From an uncultured Bacilli bacterium (lineage in GTDB: Bacteria; Bacillota_I; Bacilli_A; RF39; UBA660): a stretch of 52,903 nucleotides of DNA. Position numbers and translations under genes: made by a program. Shown here one piece after another: positions 1-8,399 of this stretch. Location of the stretch: NCBI GenBank assembly GCA_934095965.1, contig CAKOKR010000003.1:1-52903 (forward strand), in the 5' to 3' direction. Under the pieces are notes generated by a model. It ran no database searches. It was not told the DNA's origin and saw only the letters and a list, made by a program, of their open reading frames with translations. Position 1 is the stretch's first letter; the number at the start of each line of letters is the position of its first letter.

Positions 1-38
1 TAATAATAACGCTATTAAAGAAAAGGAGAAATTATATT

Positions 39-161
39 ATGAAAAGAACATATCAACCAAATAAAAGAAAAGCAGCTAAAAAACATGGATTTTTTGCTCG
101 TAAAAACACTGATATTCTAAATAATCGTCGTAGAAAAGGACGCAAAGTTTTATGTAAATAA
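39..161 (+). CDS. rpmH: 50S ribosomal protein L34
   Basis: Not in the ORF track (40 aa). ATG at 39 follows a GGAGA RBS. Hand translation is [40 protein letters not shown], the conserved L34 sequence. It lies directly upstream of rnpA. Confidence 0.92.
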   Translation: MKRTYQPNKRKAAKKHGFFARKNTDILNNRRRKGRKVLCK

Positions 162-186
162 AAACCACTTTAATGTGGTTTTTTTC
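161..186 (+). terminator. Rho-independent terminator after rpmH
   Basis: Hairpin AAAACCAC-TTTAAT-GTGGTTTT followed by a T-run. Confidence 0.7.
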
Positions 187-200
187 CTAAACAAGGTATT

Positions 201-536
201 ATGAAAAGAATTGAAATGGTTAAATCTCATGAGGATTTCCATGAGATAATTAATAGTGGAAACAAACTTAAAGGAAAATATTCAATAGTATTTTATAAAG
301 AAAAAGAATTTATAAAACCTAACTTTGGTATTGCCGTAGGTAAAAAGTTAGGAAATGCTGTTGTAAGAAATAAATTTAAACGACAATTTAGAAATATTGT
401 AGATAATAACAGATTTCTCTTTAAAAATAATCGTAATTATATTATAATGATTAAAAGGGAAGCAAATAATGCTTCATATAATGATTTACAAAATGATTTA
501 GTAAAAACATTAAGAAAGGAAAATCATGAAAAATAA
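201..536 (+). CDS. rnpA: RNase P protein component
   Basis: 111 aa basic protein with the motif KKLGNAVVRNKFKRQFR (RNR motif). Conserved position between rpmH and yidC. Confidence 0.9.
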   Translation: MKRIEMVKSHEDFHEIINSGNKLKGKYSIVFYKEKEFIKPNFGIAVGKKLGNAVVRNKFKRQFRNIVDNNRFLFKNNRNYIIMIKREANNASYNDLQNDLVKTLRKENHEK

Positions 537-1566
537 ATTAATGATCATAACGCTAATAAGTGTATTGTTATTAACTAGTGGATGCGGTAGTAATAAATAC
601 ATTAAAGATAAAGACAACAAAATAGTAACATATGAAGAAACAGGTCAAATGCTTGAAAAAGATATTGTATGTTTACCTGAAAAAGATGGAGAATTATATA
701 ACATATATAAAGAATATAAAGACCAATTAAATGTTGACTTTGATGAATTACCATCATGTGATAGTTTTAAAGTTAATTCAAATGAATCAACTGGTCTATG
801 GGAATTTCTATTTGTAAAACCATTAGCATTCCTTATTCTTGCATTAGGCAAGTTAGTAGGTAATCTAGGTATTTCTTTAATTTTAATTGGTTTAGCAATT
901 CGTATTATTTTGTTACCATTTACAATTAAAAGTACAAAACAAACAATGAATATGAAAAAGGCTCAACCTGAAATAGAAAAAATAGAAAGAAAATATCGCA
1001 ATAGAACAGATAATGAATCATTAATGGCAAAAAGTCAAGAAACAATTCTTGTATATAAAAAATACAAAGTAAATCCAATGGTTGGTTGCTTAATGTCATT
1101 CATTCAACTTCCATTATTCTTTGCTTTCTTACAAGCAATTTATAGAACACCAGCAATATATGAAGAAACACTTCTTACATATAACTTAGGTATGACTCCA
1201 CTAGTGGGAATTAAATCTGGTAACTATCTATATTTATTATTACTAATACTAATCGCAGTATCAACATATTTTTCATTCAAACAAACAATGTCTCAGGCTG
1301 GAACACAATCACCTGAAGCTGCAAAACAAATGAAAATAATGTTATATGTTATGTTATTTGTTATAACTTATGCATCAATGACACTTCCAACTGCATTAGC
1401 ATTTTACTGGATAATAACATATGCATTTATCGCAGTACAAAATATAATAATTAACTTAGTAAATAATAAAGACTTAACTAATAAAAAGGATAAAACTAAT
1501 AAAAAAGATAAAATAAAAGATAAATTAGTTAAGAAAGAAGGTATGAAGTATGGAAAAAATAATTAA
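526..1566 (+). CDS. yidC: Membrane protein insertase YidC/SpoIIIJ (lipoprotein type)
   Basis: Lipobox LLTSGCG, multiple TM segments and a basic C-terminal tail. rnpA-yidC-jag synteny. Confidence 0.9.
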   Translation: MKNKLMIITLISVLLLTSGCGSNKYIKDKDNKIVTYEETGQMLEKDIVCLPEKDGELYNIYKEYKDQLNVDFDELPSCDSFKVNSNESTGLWEFLFVKPLAFLILALGKLVGNLGISLILIGLAIRIILLPFTIKSTKQTMNMKKAQPEIEKIERKYRNRTDNESLMAKSQETILVYKKYKVNPMVGCLMSFIQLPLFFAFLQAIYRTPAIYEETLLTYNLGMTPLVGIKSGNYLYLLLLILIAVSTYFSFKQTMSQAGTQSPEAAKQMKIMLYVMLFVITYASMTLPTALAFYWIITYAFIAVQNIIINLVNNKDLTNKKDKTNKKDKIKDKLVKKEGMKYGKNN

Positions 1567-2155
1567 AGAAGGAAAAACTGTTGAAGAAGCAATTAAGAAA
1601 TTAATGGAAGAAAATAATCTTTCAAAAGAAGAATTTCTTTATACATCAACAGTAAAAAAAGGAAAGTTATTTCAAGGAACAATCTATGAAGTAACAGCTT
1701 TCTTAAAAAGTGATATTAACAATGAATTAAAAGAATTCATAAGAAAACTTGTTGAAAACGTGGGTCTTGAAGTAAGTATTGAAGTTACCAACAAAGATGA
1801 CAGATTAACAATTAGATTATTTTCAAATAAAGATAAGATTTTAATTGGTCGTGAAGGAGCAACACTTAAAGCAATTGAAACTATTGCAAAACAATATATT
1901 CAAAATACAACAGGAATATATTACAAATTTAATTTAGATGTGTCAAACTATAAAGAAAAGAATCAAAAAAGATTAGAATGGTTAGCTAAGAAAACTGCTA
2001 AAGAAGTCGTAGAAACAAAAATGCCTGCTTCTCTAGATAATATGACGTCATATGAAAGAAGAATTATACACAATATATTAACAGACTTTAAAGGAGTTAA
2101 AACAGAAAGCGAAGGCGAAGAGCCAAATAGACACGTTGTTATTAAGCCTCTATAA
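1550..2155 (+). CDS. jag: Jag/KhpB RNA-binding protein (KH + R3H domains)
   Basis: KH-like LIGREGATLKAIE and R3H-like SYERRIIHNIL. Follows yidC as in Bacillus. Confidence 0.85.
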   Translation: MEKIIKEGKTVEEAIKKLMEENNLSKEEFLYTSTVKKGKLFQGTIYEVTAFLKSDINNELKEFIRKLVENVGLEVSIEVTNKDDRLTIRLFSNKDKILIGREGATLKAIETIAKQYIQNTTGIYYKFNLDVSNYKEKNQKRLEWLAKKTAKEVVETKMPASLDNMTSYERRIIHNILTDFKGVKTESEGEEPNRHVVIKPL

Positions 2156-2171
2156 AGAGGCAATTTTTTTT
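2146..2171 (+). terminator. Rho-independent terminator after jag
   Basis: GCCTC-TATAAA-GAGGC hairpin overlapping the stop codon, then a T-run. Confidence 0.65.
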
Positions 2172-2283
2172 GCAAAATAAATACAAGTTATACTAAATAT
2201 AAGTGTAGATTGTTTCTAATATAAGAAGTACTTATTTAAAATATAAATTATTATTGTAAAATTATTTATGGAAGGAATAATCT

Positions 2284-2616
2284 ATGGAAAATTTAAGAAT
2301 TATCAGAGAAAAGAGAAACAAAAGTCAATTAAATGTAGCTATCAGCATCGGAGTTACTCAAGAAGCCATAAGCATGTATGAATCAGGTCAAAGTTATCCC
2401 AAGGTAACAACTTTAATAGATTTAGCCAATTACTTAGGAACAAGTACAGATTATTTACTAGGTTTAACAAATGATGATACTCCCATAAAATATATGAATA
2501 AAACATTAAATAAAAAAGAACAAGAATTAATGGATATGTTTATTTATATGAAAAGCGAAGATCAATTAAAACTCATAGGTTATGCAGAGTCTTTAAAGGA
2601 TAAAGTTAAAAATTAA
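2284..2616 (+). CDS. XRE-family helix-turn-helix transcriptional regulator
   Basis: N-terminal SQLNVAISIGVTQEAISMYESGQSYP is a typical Cro/C1 HTH. Inserted between jag and mnmE. Confidence 0.75.
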   Translation: MENLRIIREKRNKSQLNVAISIGVTQEAISMYESGQSYPKVTTLIDLANYLGTSTDYLLGLTNDDTPIKYMNKTLNKKEQELMDMFIYMKSEDQLKLIGYAESLKDKVKN

Positions 2617-2696
2617 TTAATTTATACTTGGGATTTAATGTAGCTAAAAAATGTCGCCAAAAATACCCTTTATATTTAATCAAATGTATGTTATAA

Positions 2697-2723
2697 TACT
2701 TCCGATGAAAGGAAGTATTTTTT
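2697..2723 (+). terminator. Hairpin plus T-run immediately upstream of the mnmE start; overlaps the mnmE RBS
   Basis: TACTTCC-GATGAAA-GGAAGTA then TTTTTT then ATG. An extended -10 (TGtTATAAT, 2689-2697) abuts the 5' arm. The role is ambiguous: terminator of the XRE gene or an RBS-sequestering structure. Confidence 0.45.
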
Positions 2724-4067
2724 ATGGATGATACAATATGTGCAATATCAACTGCTATAAATGGTGCAATATCCATTGTTCGTTTAAGTGGATCAGAATC
2801 TATCAACATCGTAAATAGTATTTTTACTGAAAAAATAACAGATGAATCACACAAAATTTATTATGGTCATATTAAAGATGAAGATGAAGTAATAGATGAA
2901 GTACTCATCATGGTTATGAAAAGTCCAAGGACATATACAACAGAAGATATCGTTGAAATAAATTGCCATGGAGGAATAACAACCACTAATAAGGTATTAG
3001 AATTACTTTTAAAAAAGGGAGCAAGACTTGCTGAACCTGGTGAATTTACAAAAAGAGCTTATTTAAATGGAAGAATAAATCTCCTTGAAGCAGAATCTGT
3101 TAACGACTTAATAACAGCAAAAACGGATGCAGCTAGAAAACTAGCAATAAATAATGTAGATGGTAAGTTAAGTAAAAAAATATCTAACTTAAGAGAAAAA
3201 ATAGCAAAAATACTCGCAAACATTGAAGTGAATATTGATTATCCAGAATACACTGATGAATTAGATGTAACAAATGAATTAATGCATGATTACCTAACAG
3301 ATATAAAAAAAGATTTAGATGCTTTAGTAAATGGAGCTAAAAACGGAAGACTTATTAAAAATGGTGTAAATGTTGCAATTATTGGTAAACCAAATGTAGG
3401 TAAAAGTAGCATATTAAATAGTTTATTAGATGAAGATAAAGCAATAGTTACGAATATTCCGGGTACAACGAGAGATATCGTCGAAGGAACAATTACAATA
3501 GATGGCGTTGCAATTAATTTAATAGATACTGCAGGTATAAGAAAAACAGATGATTTAGTAGAACAAATCGGGGTAGAAAAAAGTGAAAAAACTGCAGATA
3601 ATTCAGATATAATTTTATTTGTTTTAAATAATAATGAAGAATTAACTAACGAAGAAGAAAGTATGTTAAAAAAATATAATTCAGATAAACTAATATTATT
3701 TATTAATAAAACAGATTTAGAAAAGAAATTAATTGTACCTAATTATATCAAAGATGTTATATATGGTAATACAATTGAATTAAATGGTTTAGATGAATTA
3801 AAAAATAAGATATCAGATAAATTAAATTTAAAAAATGTAATAAATAAAGATATGAGTTATTTATCGAATGTCAGAGAAATAGATTTAGTTAATAAAGCTA
3901 GTGATTCTTTAAAAAGTGCTCAAGAAAATTTAGGTGCTGGATTTCCTGTTGATGTTGTTGAAATTGATTTAAAAAATGCTTGGGATTATCTAGGTGAAAT
4001 AATGGGAATGAGTTATAAAGATGAATTAGTAGATAAAATATTTAGTAATTTTTGTCTAGGAAAGTGA
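2724..4067 (+). CDS. mnmE: tRNA modification GTPase MnmE
   Basis: G1 GKPNVGKSS, G3 DTAGIR and the C-terminal FCLGK motif. Confidence 0.95.
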   Translation: MDDTICAISTAINGAISIVRLSGSESINIVNSIFTEKITDESHKIYYGHIKDEDEVIDEVLIMVMKSPRTYTTEDIVEINCHGGITTTNKVLELLLKKGARLAEPGEFTKRAYLNGRINLLEAESVNDLITAKTDAARKLAINNVDGKLSKKISNLREKIAKILANIEVNIDYPEYTDELDVTNELMHDYLTDIKKDLDALVNGAKNGRLIKNGVNVAIIGKPNVGKSSILNSLLDEDKAIVTNIPGTTRDIVEGTITIDGVAINLIDTAGIRKTDDLVEQIGVEKSEKTADNSDIILFVLNNNEELTNEEESMLKKYNSDKLILFINKTDLEKKLIVPNYIKDVIYGNTIELNGLDELKNKISDKLNLKNVINKDMSYLSNVREIDLVNKASDSLKSAQENLGAGFPVDVVEIDLKNAWDYLGEIMGMSYKDELVDKIFSNFCLGK

Positions 4068-4075
4068 GGTTAAAT

Positions 4076-5944
4076 ATGTATGATATTATAGTAGTAGGTG
4101 GTGGACATGCCGGAATTGAAGCAAGTCATATTGCTGCAAAATTAGGTAAAAAAACATTATTAGTAACAGGTAATATTAATAATATAGGTGATATGCCATG
4201 TAATCCTTCAATAGGTGGAACAGCAAAGGGTATAATAGTAAGAGAAGTAGATGCCCTTGGAGGATTAATGGGTAAAGTTGCAGATAAAACTCACTTACAA
4301 ATAAAAATGTTAAATAATTCAAAAGGACCTGCAGTAAGAAGCTTAAGAGCTCAAGCAGATAAAGTTACATATCCAAAAAAGATGCAAGAAATATTACTGA
4401 ACATGCCTAATTTAACAGTTAAAGAATCACTAGTAGAAGATTTAATTGTAGATAATAACAAAGTTAATGGAGTAATACTTGAAAATGGGGAAAAAATTGA
4501 AGGAAAAACTGTTATTTTAACAACAGGTACTTATTTACGTGGAAATATTTTAGTGGGCAGTAAAAATACTCCCGGAGGACCTCACGGAGAGAAAAGAAGT
4601 AATTATTTATCAACAAAATTAAAAGAATATGGTTTAAAAATAATTAGATTAAAAACAGGTACACCTCAAAGAATTAAAAAAGATTCCATAGATTTTTCAG
4701 TAATGGAAGAAGAAAAGGGAGATAATACATTCTGGACATTTTCCTATGATGATGAACCATCTTATAAAATCGAAGACCAAAAATCATGTTACCTTTTATA
4801 TACCAATGAAAATACTCATCAAATAATCAGAGATAATTTAACTAAATCTGCAATGTATGGTGGTTATGCAACTGGAGTTGGTCCAAGATATTGTCCATCA
4901 ATCGAAGATAAAATTGTAAGATTTAAAGATAAAGAAAGACATCAATTATTCCTAGAACCAGAAAGCTTGTATTATGATGATTGGTACTTACAAGGTTTTT
5001 CAACAAGTATGCCTGAAGATGTTCAAGAAAAAATGGTTCATAGTCTTCATGGATTAGAAAATGCTGTAATAAGTAAATATGCTTATGCAATCGAATATGA
5101 TGCAATAGATCCATTACAAATAAAACCAAGTTTGGAAAACAAAATATTAGAAAATTTATTTACTGCAGGACAAATCAATGGAACAAGTGGTTATGAAGAA
5201 GCTGCAGGTCAAGGAATTATCGCAGGTATAAATGCCTCATTAAAAATAGATAATAAAGAACCATTAGTTTTAAAAAGAAGTGATGCATACATCGGTGTAT
5301 TAATTGATGACTTAGTAACAAAAGGAACAATTGAACCATATCGTATGCTTACATCACGTGCAGAATTTCGCCTTATTTTAAGACATGATAATGCAGATTT
5401 AAGACTTAGACATTATGCAAAAGATATTGGTACAATTACTGATGAACAATATCAAAAATTAATTGAAAAAGAAAAAAATATAGAAAACTTAACAAATTAT
5501 TTAAAAGAAAATACACTTCATTTAACTGAAGAAGTAAAAGAAGTATTTCATATGAGTAACTTAAATGTTCCATTAACAGGTTTATCTTTTTATGATTTAT
5601 TAAAAAGACCTGAAATAAATATGGAATTTGTAAAAAACTTTATTGAAATAAATTATAATCCATTAGTTATTGAACAAGTAGAAATAAATGCTAAATATCA
5701 AGGATATATCAATAAGGCTTTAAAAGAAGTAGAAAAGCTTGAACGTATGGAAGAAAAACAAATACCAGATGATATTAATTATGACTTAGTAACAAACTTA
5801 GCAAGTGAAGCAAAACAAAAATTATCAAGTATTAGACCAAAAACAATAGCACAAGCATCGCGTATCAGTGGTGTAAATCCCGTAGATATTTCAGTATTAA
5901 CTATATATTTAAAGAAAGAATATGGTAAAAATGACAATAGATGA
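4076..5944 (+). CDS. mnmG: tRNA uridine 5-carboxymethylaminomethyl modification enzyme MnmG (GidA)
   Basis: FAD-binding MYDIIVVGGGHAGIEA at the N-terminus. ATG at 4076 follows a GTGAGG RBS, so the track start at 4052 is probably an upstream extension. Confidence 0.95.
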   Translation: MYDIIVVGGGHAGIEASHIAAKLGKKTLLVTGNINNIGDMPCNPSIGGTAKGIIVREVDALGGLMGKVADKTHLQIKMLNNSKGPAVRSLRAQADKVTYPKKMQEILLNMPNLTVKESLVEDLIVDNNKVNGVILENGEKIEGKTVILTTGTYLRGNILVGSKNTPGGPHGEKRSNYLSTKLKEYGLKIIRLKTGTPQRIKKDSIDFSVMEEEKGDNTFWTFSYDDEPSYKIEDQKSCYLLYTNENTHQIIRDNLTKSAMYGGYATGVGPRYCPSIEDKIVRFKDKERHQLFLEPESLYYDDWYLQGFSTSMPEDVQEKMVHSLHGLENAVISKYAYAIEYDAIDPLQIKPSLENKILENLFTAGQINGTSGYEEAAGQGIIAGINASLKIDNKEPLVLKRSDAYIGVLIDDLVTKGTIEPYRMLTSRAEFRLILRHDNADLRLRHYAKDIGTITDEQYQKLIEKEKNIENLTNYLKENTLHLTEEVKEVFHMSNLNVPLTGLSFYDLLKRPEINMEFVKNFIEINYNPLVIEQVEINAKYQGYINKALKEVEKLERMEEKQIPDDINYDLVTNLASEAKQKLSSIRPKTIAQASRISGVNPVDISVLTIYLKKEYGKNDNR

Positions 5945-6650
5945 GTTTATAAATAATACAAAATTACTTGGTATTGACGTAACTAAGGAACAACTTGATA
6001 AACTAAATACTTATGCATCATTTTTAATGGAATATAATGCTCACACAAATTTGACTGCTATAAAAAAAGTTGATGAAATATATTTAAAACATTTTTTTGA
6101 TAGCTTAACTTTAACAAAGGTCATTGATTTAAATACATGTGATAATCTCCTTGATATTGGTTCAGGTGCAGGTTTTCCAGGAATGGTACTAAAAATATTT
6201 TTTCCAAATCTAAAGGTAACATTATTAGATTCGAATAACAAAAAAACAACATTTTTAAAAGAATTAGCTAAAAAAATAAATGTTGATAACATCGAAGTTA
6301 TCAACACTAGAGTGGAAACTCTTTCAAAAGAAAGATTAAATTATTTTGATGTCGTAACAGCTAGAGCAGTAACAAATATGACCATTTTAACAGAACTTGC
6401 AATGCCTTTGGTAAAAAAAAATAAATATTTTATAGCTCTAAAGGGAAGTAATAAAGAAGAAATAACTGATGCAGAATACGCAATAGAAAAAATGAATGGT
6501 AAAATAGAAAAAATAGAAAGTTTTGAACTTTACAACGATGCAGGAATGAGAAATATCATAAAAATAAAGAAAACAGATGAAACTTTAAGTAAAGATTTAA
6601 GACCATATGAAAAAATTATAAAAAAGCCATTGCAAAAAAAACTTAAATAG
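5922..6650 (+). CDS. rsmG: 16S rRNA m7G527 methyltransferase RsmG (GidB)
   Basis: SAM-binding LLDIGSGAGFPG. Follows mnmG. Alternative start at 5931. Confidence 0.9.
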   Translation: MVKMTIDEFINNTKLLGIDVTKEQLDKLNTYASFLMEYNAHTNLTAIKKVDEIYLKHFFDSLTLTKVIDLNTCDNLLDIGSGAGFPGMVLKIFFPNLKVTLLDSNNKKTTFLKELAKKINVDNIEVINTRVETLSKERLNYFDVVTARAVTNMTILTELAMPLVKKNKYFIALKGSNKEEITDAEYAIEKMNGKIEKIESFELYNDAGMRNIIKIKKTDETLSKDLRPYEKIIKKPLQKKLK

Positions 6651-6673
6651 GGTATGATTATATAAGATAAGGG

Positions 6674-7801
6674 TTGATATATGTGAATAATAAAATTGAA
6701 AATACTATATTACAAGTTCCTATCGAGGACATAATTCCTAATCGTTTTCAACCACGATTAGCTTTTGATGATGCATCACTTCAAGACTTAGCTTCATCAA
6801 TTAAACAACATGGAATTATTCAACCTCTTGTTTTAAGAAGAAAAAATGACAAGTATGAAATAATTGCTGGAGAAAGAAGATATAAAGCTGCAAAACTAGC
6901 AGGACTTGCATCAGTCCCAGCAATAATTTCTAATTTAGATGATAATGCATCTGCAGAAGTTGCAATTGTTGAAAACATTCAAAGAAAAGATTTAACAGCA
7001 ATCGAAGAAGCAAAATCATATCAAGCACTTTTAGACAAAGGTTATATGACTCAAGAAGAATTAGCTAGAAAAATGGGATTATCACAATCAGCTATATCAA
7101 ATAAATTACGTTTATTAACATTAGATGAATCAGTTCAAAATGCTATTTTAGAAGGAAAAATTTCTGAAAGACATGCAAGAACTTTATTAAAAATATCTAA
7201 TCATGAAAGTCAAAAAATGTTATTAAATAAAATAATTAATGAACGTCTTACAGTTAAACAACTTGAAGATGAAATAAAAAGTATAGAAAATAGCGAGGTT
7301 AATATGGAACAAGAAGAAGTACCTATTATAAATAATATGCCTAATATAAGTAATGTTGTTAATAATGCTATTGACATAAATAGCTTAAATAAACCAGAAC
7401 AATTAGAAGAATTAACAATTGATGATAAAAAAGAACGAAAGGTAGTTACACCAGAAACATTTTTTTCAAATCCTGAAAAGATGCCAAATAAATTCTTTAA
7501 CTTCCTTGAAGATTCTGCAGCAAACATGGATATCGAAGAAGTACCACCAACAATAGTAACTTCACAACCTGAAGTTAAAAAACAAGAAAATTTAATTAAC
7601 AACACAGAAAATATTGAAATGCTTGATGATTTCTTTATTCCTACAGAAAAGAGTAATATTCCAGTTCAAAATGAATACTTAGATACAGTTATAAAAACAG
7701 TTCGTGGATTAAACTTTGATTCAGATAAAGTATCTATGGAAGAGATAAACTTACCAACAGAATATGTAATAACAATCAAAATTAAAAAAGATAAAATTTA
7801 A
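6674..7801 (+). CDS. parB: ParB/Spo0J/Noc-family DNA-binding protein with a long C-terminal extension
   Basis: ParB box IIAGERRYKAAKLAG and HTH TQEELARKMGLSQSAISNKLRLL. Non-ATG start (TTG 6674 or GTG 6683). No parA/soj is adjacent. Confidence 0.8.
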   Translation: MIYVNNKIENTILQVPIEDIIPNRFQPRLAFDDASLQDLASSIKQHGIIQPLVLRRKNDKYEIIAGERRYKAAKLAGLASVPAIISNLDDNASAEVAIVENIQRKDLTAIEEAKSYQALLDKGYMTQEELARKMGLSQSAISNKLRLLTLDESVQNAILEGKISERHARTLLKISNHESQKMLLNKIINERLTVKQLEDEIKSIENSEVNMEQEEVPIINNMPNISNVVNNAIDINSLNKPEQLEELTIDDKKERKVVTPETFFSNPEKMPNKFFNFLEDSAANMDIEEVPPTIVTSQPEVKKQENLINNTENIEMLDDFFIPTEKSNIPVQNEYLDTVIKTVRGLNFDSDKVSMEEINLPTEYVITIKIKKDKI

Positions 7802-7803
7802 GT

Positions 7804-7828
7804 GGCTAGATAATCTAGTCATTTTTTT
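7804..7828 (+). terminator. Rho-independent terminator after parB
   Basis: GGCTAGA-TAA-TCTAGTC hairpin followed by a T7 run. Confidence 0.65.
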
Positions 7829-7921
7829 GATAAAATTTATTTTACAAATTTCCATTTGCCTGTCCTAATTAATATAGGAAAGAAAAGAATGATGCAATAA
7901 AAATTAATAAAATAAACAATC

Positions 7922-7953
7922 AAAAATGACTAGAGAGGAATCTAGCCATTTTT
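7922..7953. terminator. Bidirectional terminator; serves the minus-strand gene 8000-8317
   Basis: A-run, TGACTAGA-GAGGAA-TCTAGCCA hairpin, T-run. Its arms are an inverted copy of the 7804-7828 hairpin arms. Confidence 0.55.
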
Positions 7954-7999
7954 GAGTCATACAACTGTTTCGTAGGAATTATAAGATTTTTCGATTACT

Positions 8000-8317
8000 T
8001 TAAAGTTTTATAAACTCATCTAAGTTAAAATCATAGATAGAGATTATATCATCATTAAAGTTAATCTCAGTGAAATTATCCATAACATGATAATCAAGAT
8101 TATCAAGACTCAATTTTAATATTACTTCATATTGAGGAACCACATTCATTCTGCTACATTTAAGTGATGAGTCTTTTTCAGTATCAAAAAAGAATAACAA
8201 ATTTTTATCAGTAAGCATAATATTAACTAATAATTTTCTGTTTCCAAAACTAACTAAAACTTGTTCCTTTTCATTAATAGCATGTTCATTATCTTTTAAA
8301 AAATCATAATTATACAT
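8000..8317 (-). CDS. Hypothetical protein (105 aa)
   Basis: Intact ORF with its own downstream terminator. No recognisable motif. Confidence 0.4.
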   Translation of the reverse strand: MYNYDFLKDNEHAINEKEQVLVSFGNRKLLVNIMLTDKNLLFFFDTEKDSSLKCSRMNVVPQYEVILKLSLDNLDYHVMDNFTEINFNDDIISIYDFNLDEFIKL

Positions 8318-8399
8318 AACTCCACCTATCTAAATTATATAACAATAATATTCATATGTCTATATAATTATTATATTACTTTGTAAAATTTTACATGAA

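Noticed and set aside
2606-2854. Minus-strand 82 aa ORF spanning the XRE-mnmE intergenic region and the mnmE start.
   Set aside because: It overlaps the well-supported mnmE N-terminus and its promoter and hairpin. No RBS and no motif.
4052-4075. Upstream-extended starts in the ORF track for several genes: mnmG 4052, prmC 18148, zinc-ribbon protein 20135, rpmE 23479, Nudix 31183, ABC-F 36827, RHH 23156, and others.
   Set aside because: In each case a downstream ATG or GTG has a properly spaced purine-rich RBS, while the extension overlaps the upstream gene, promoter or terminator.
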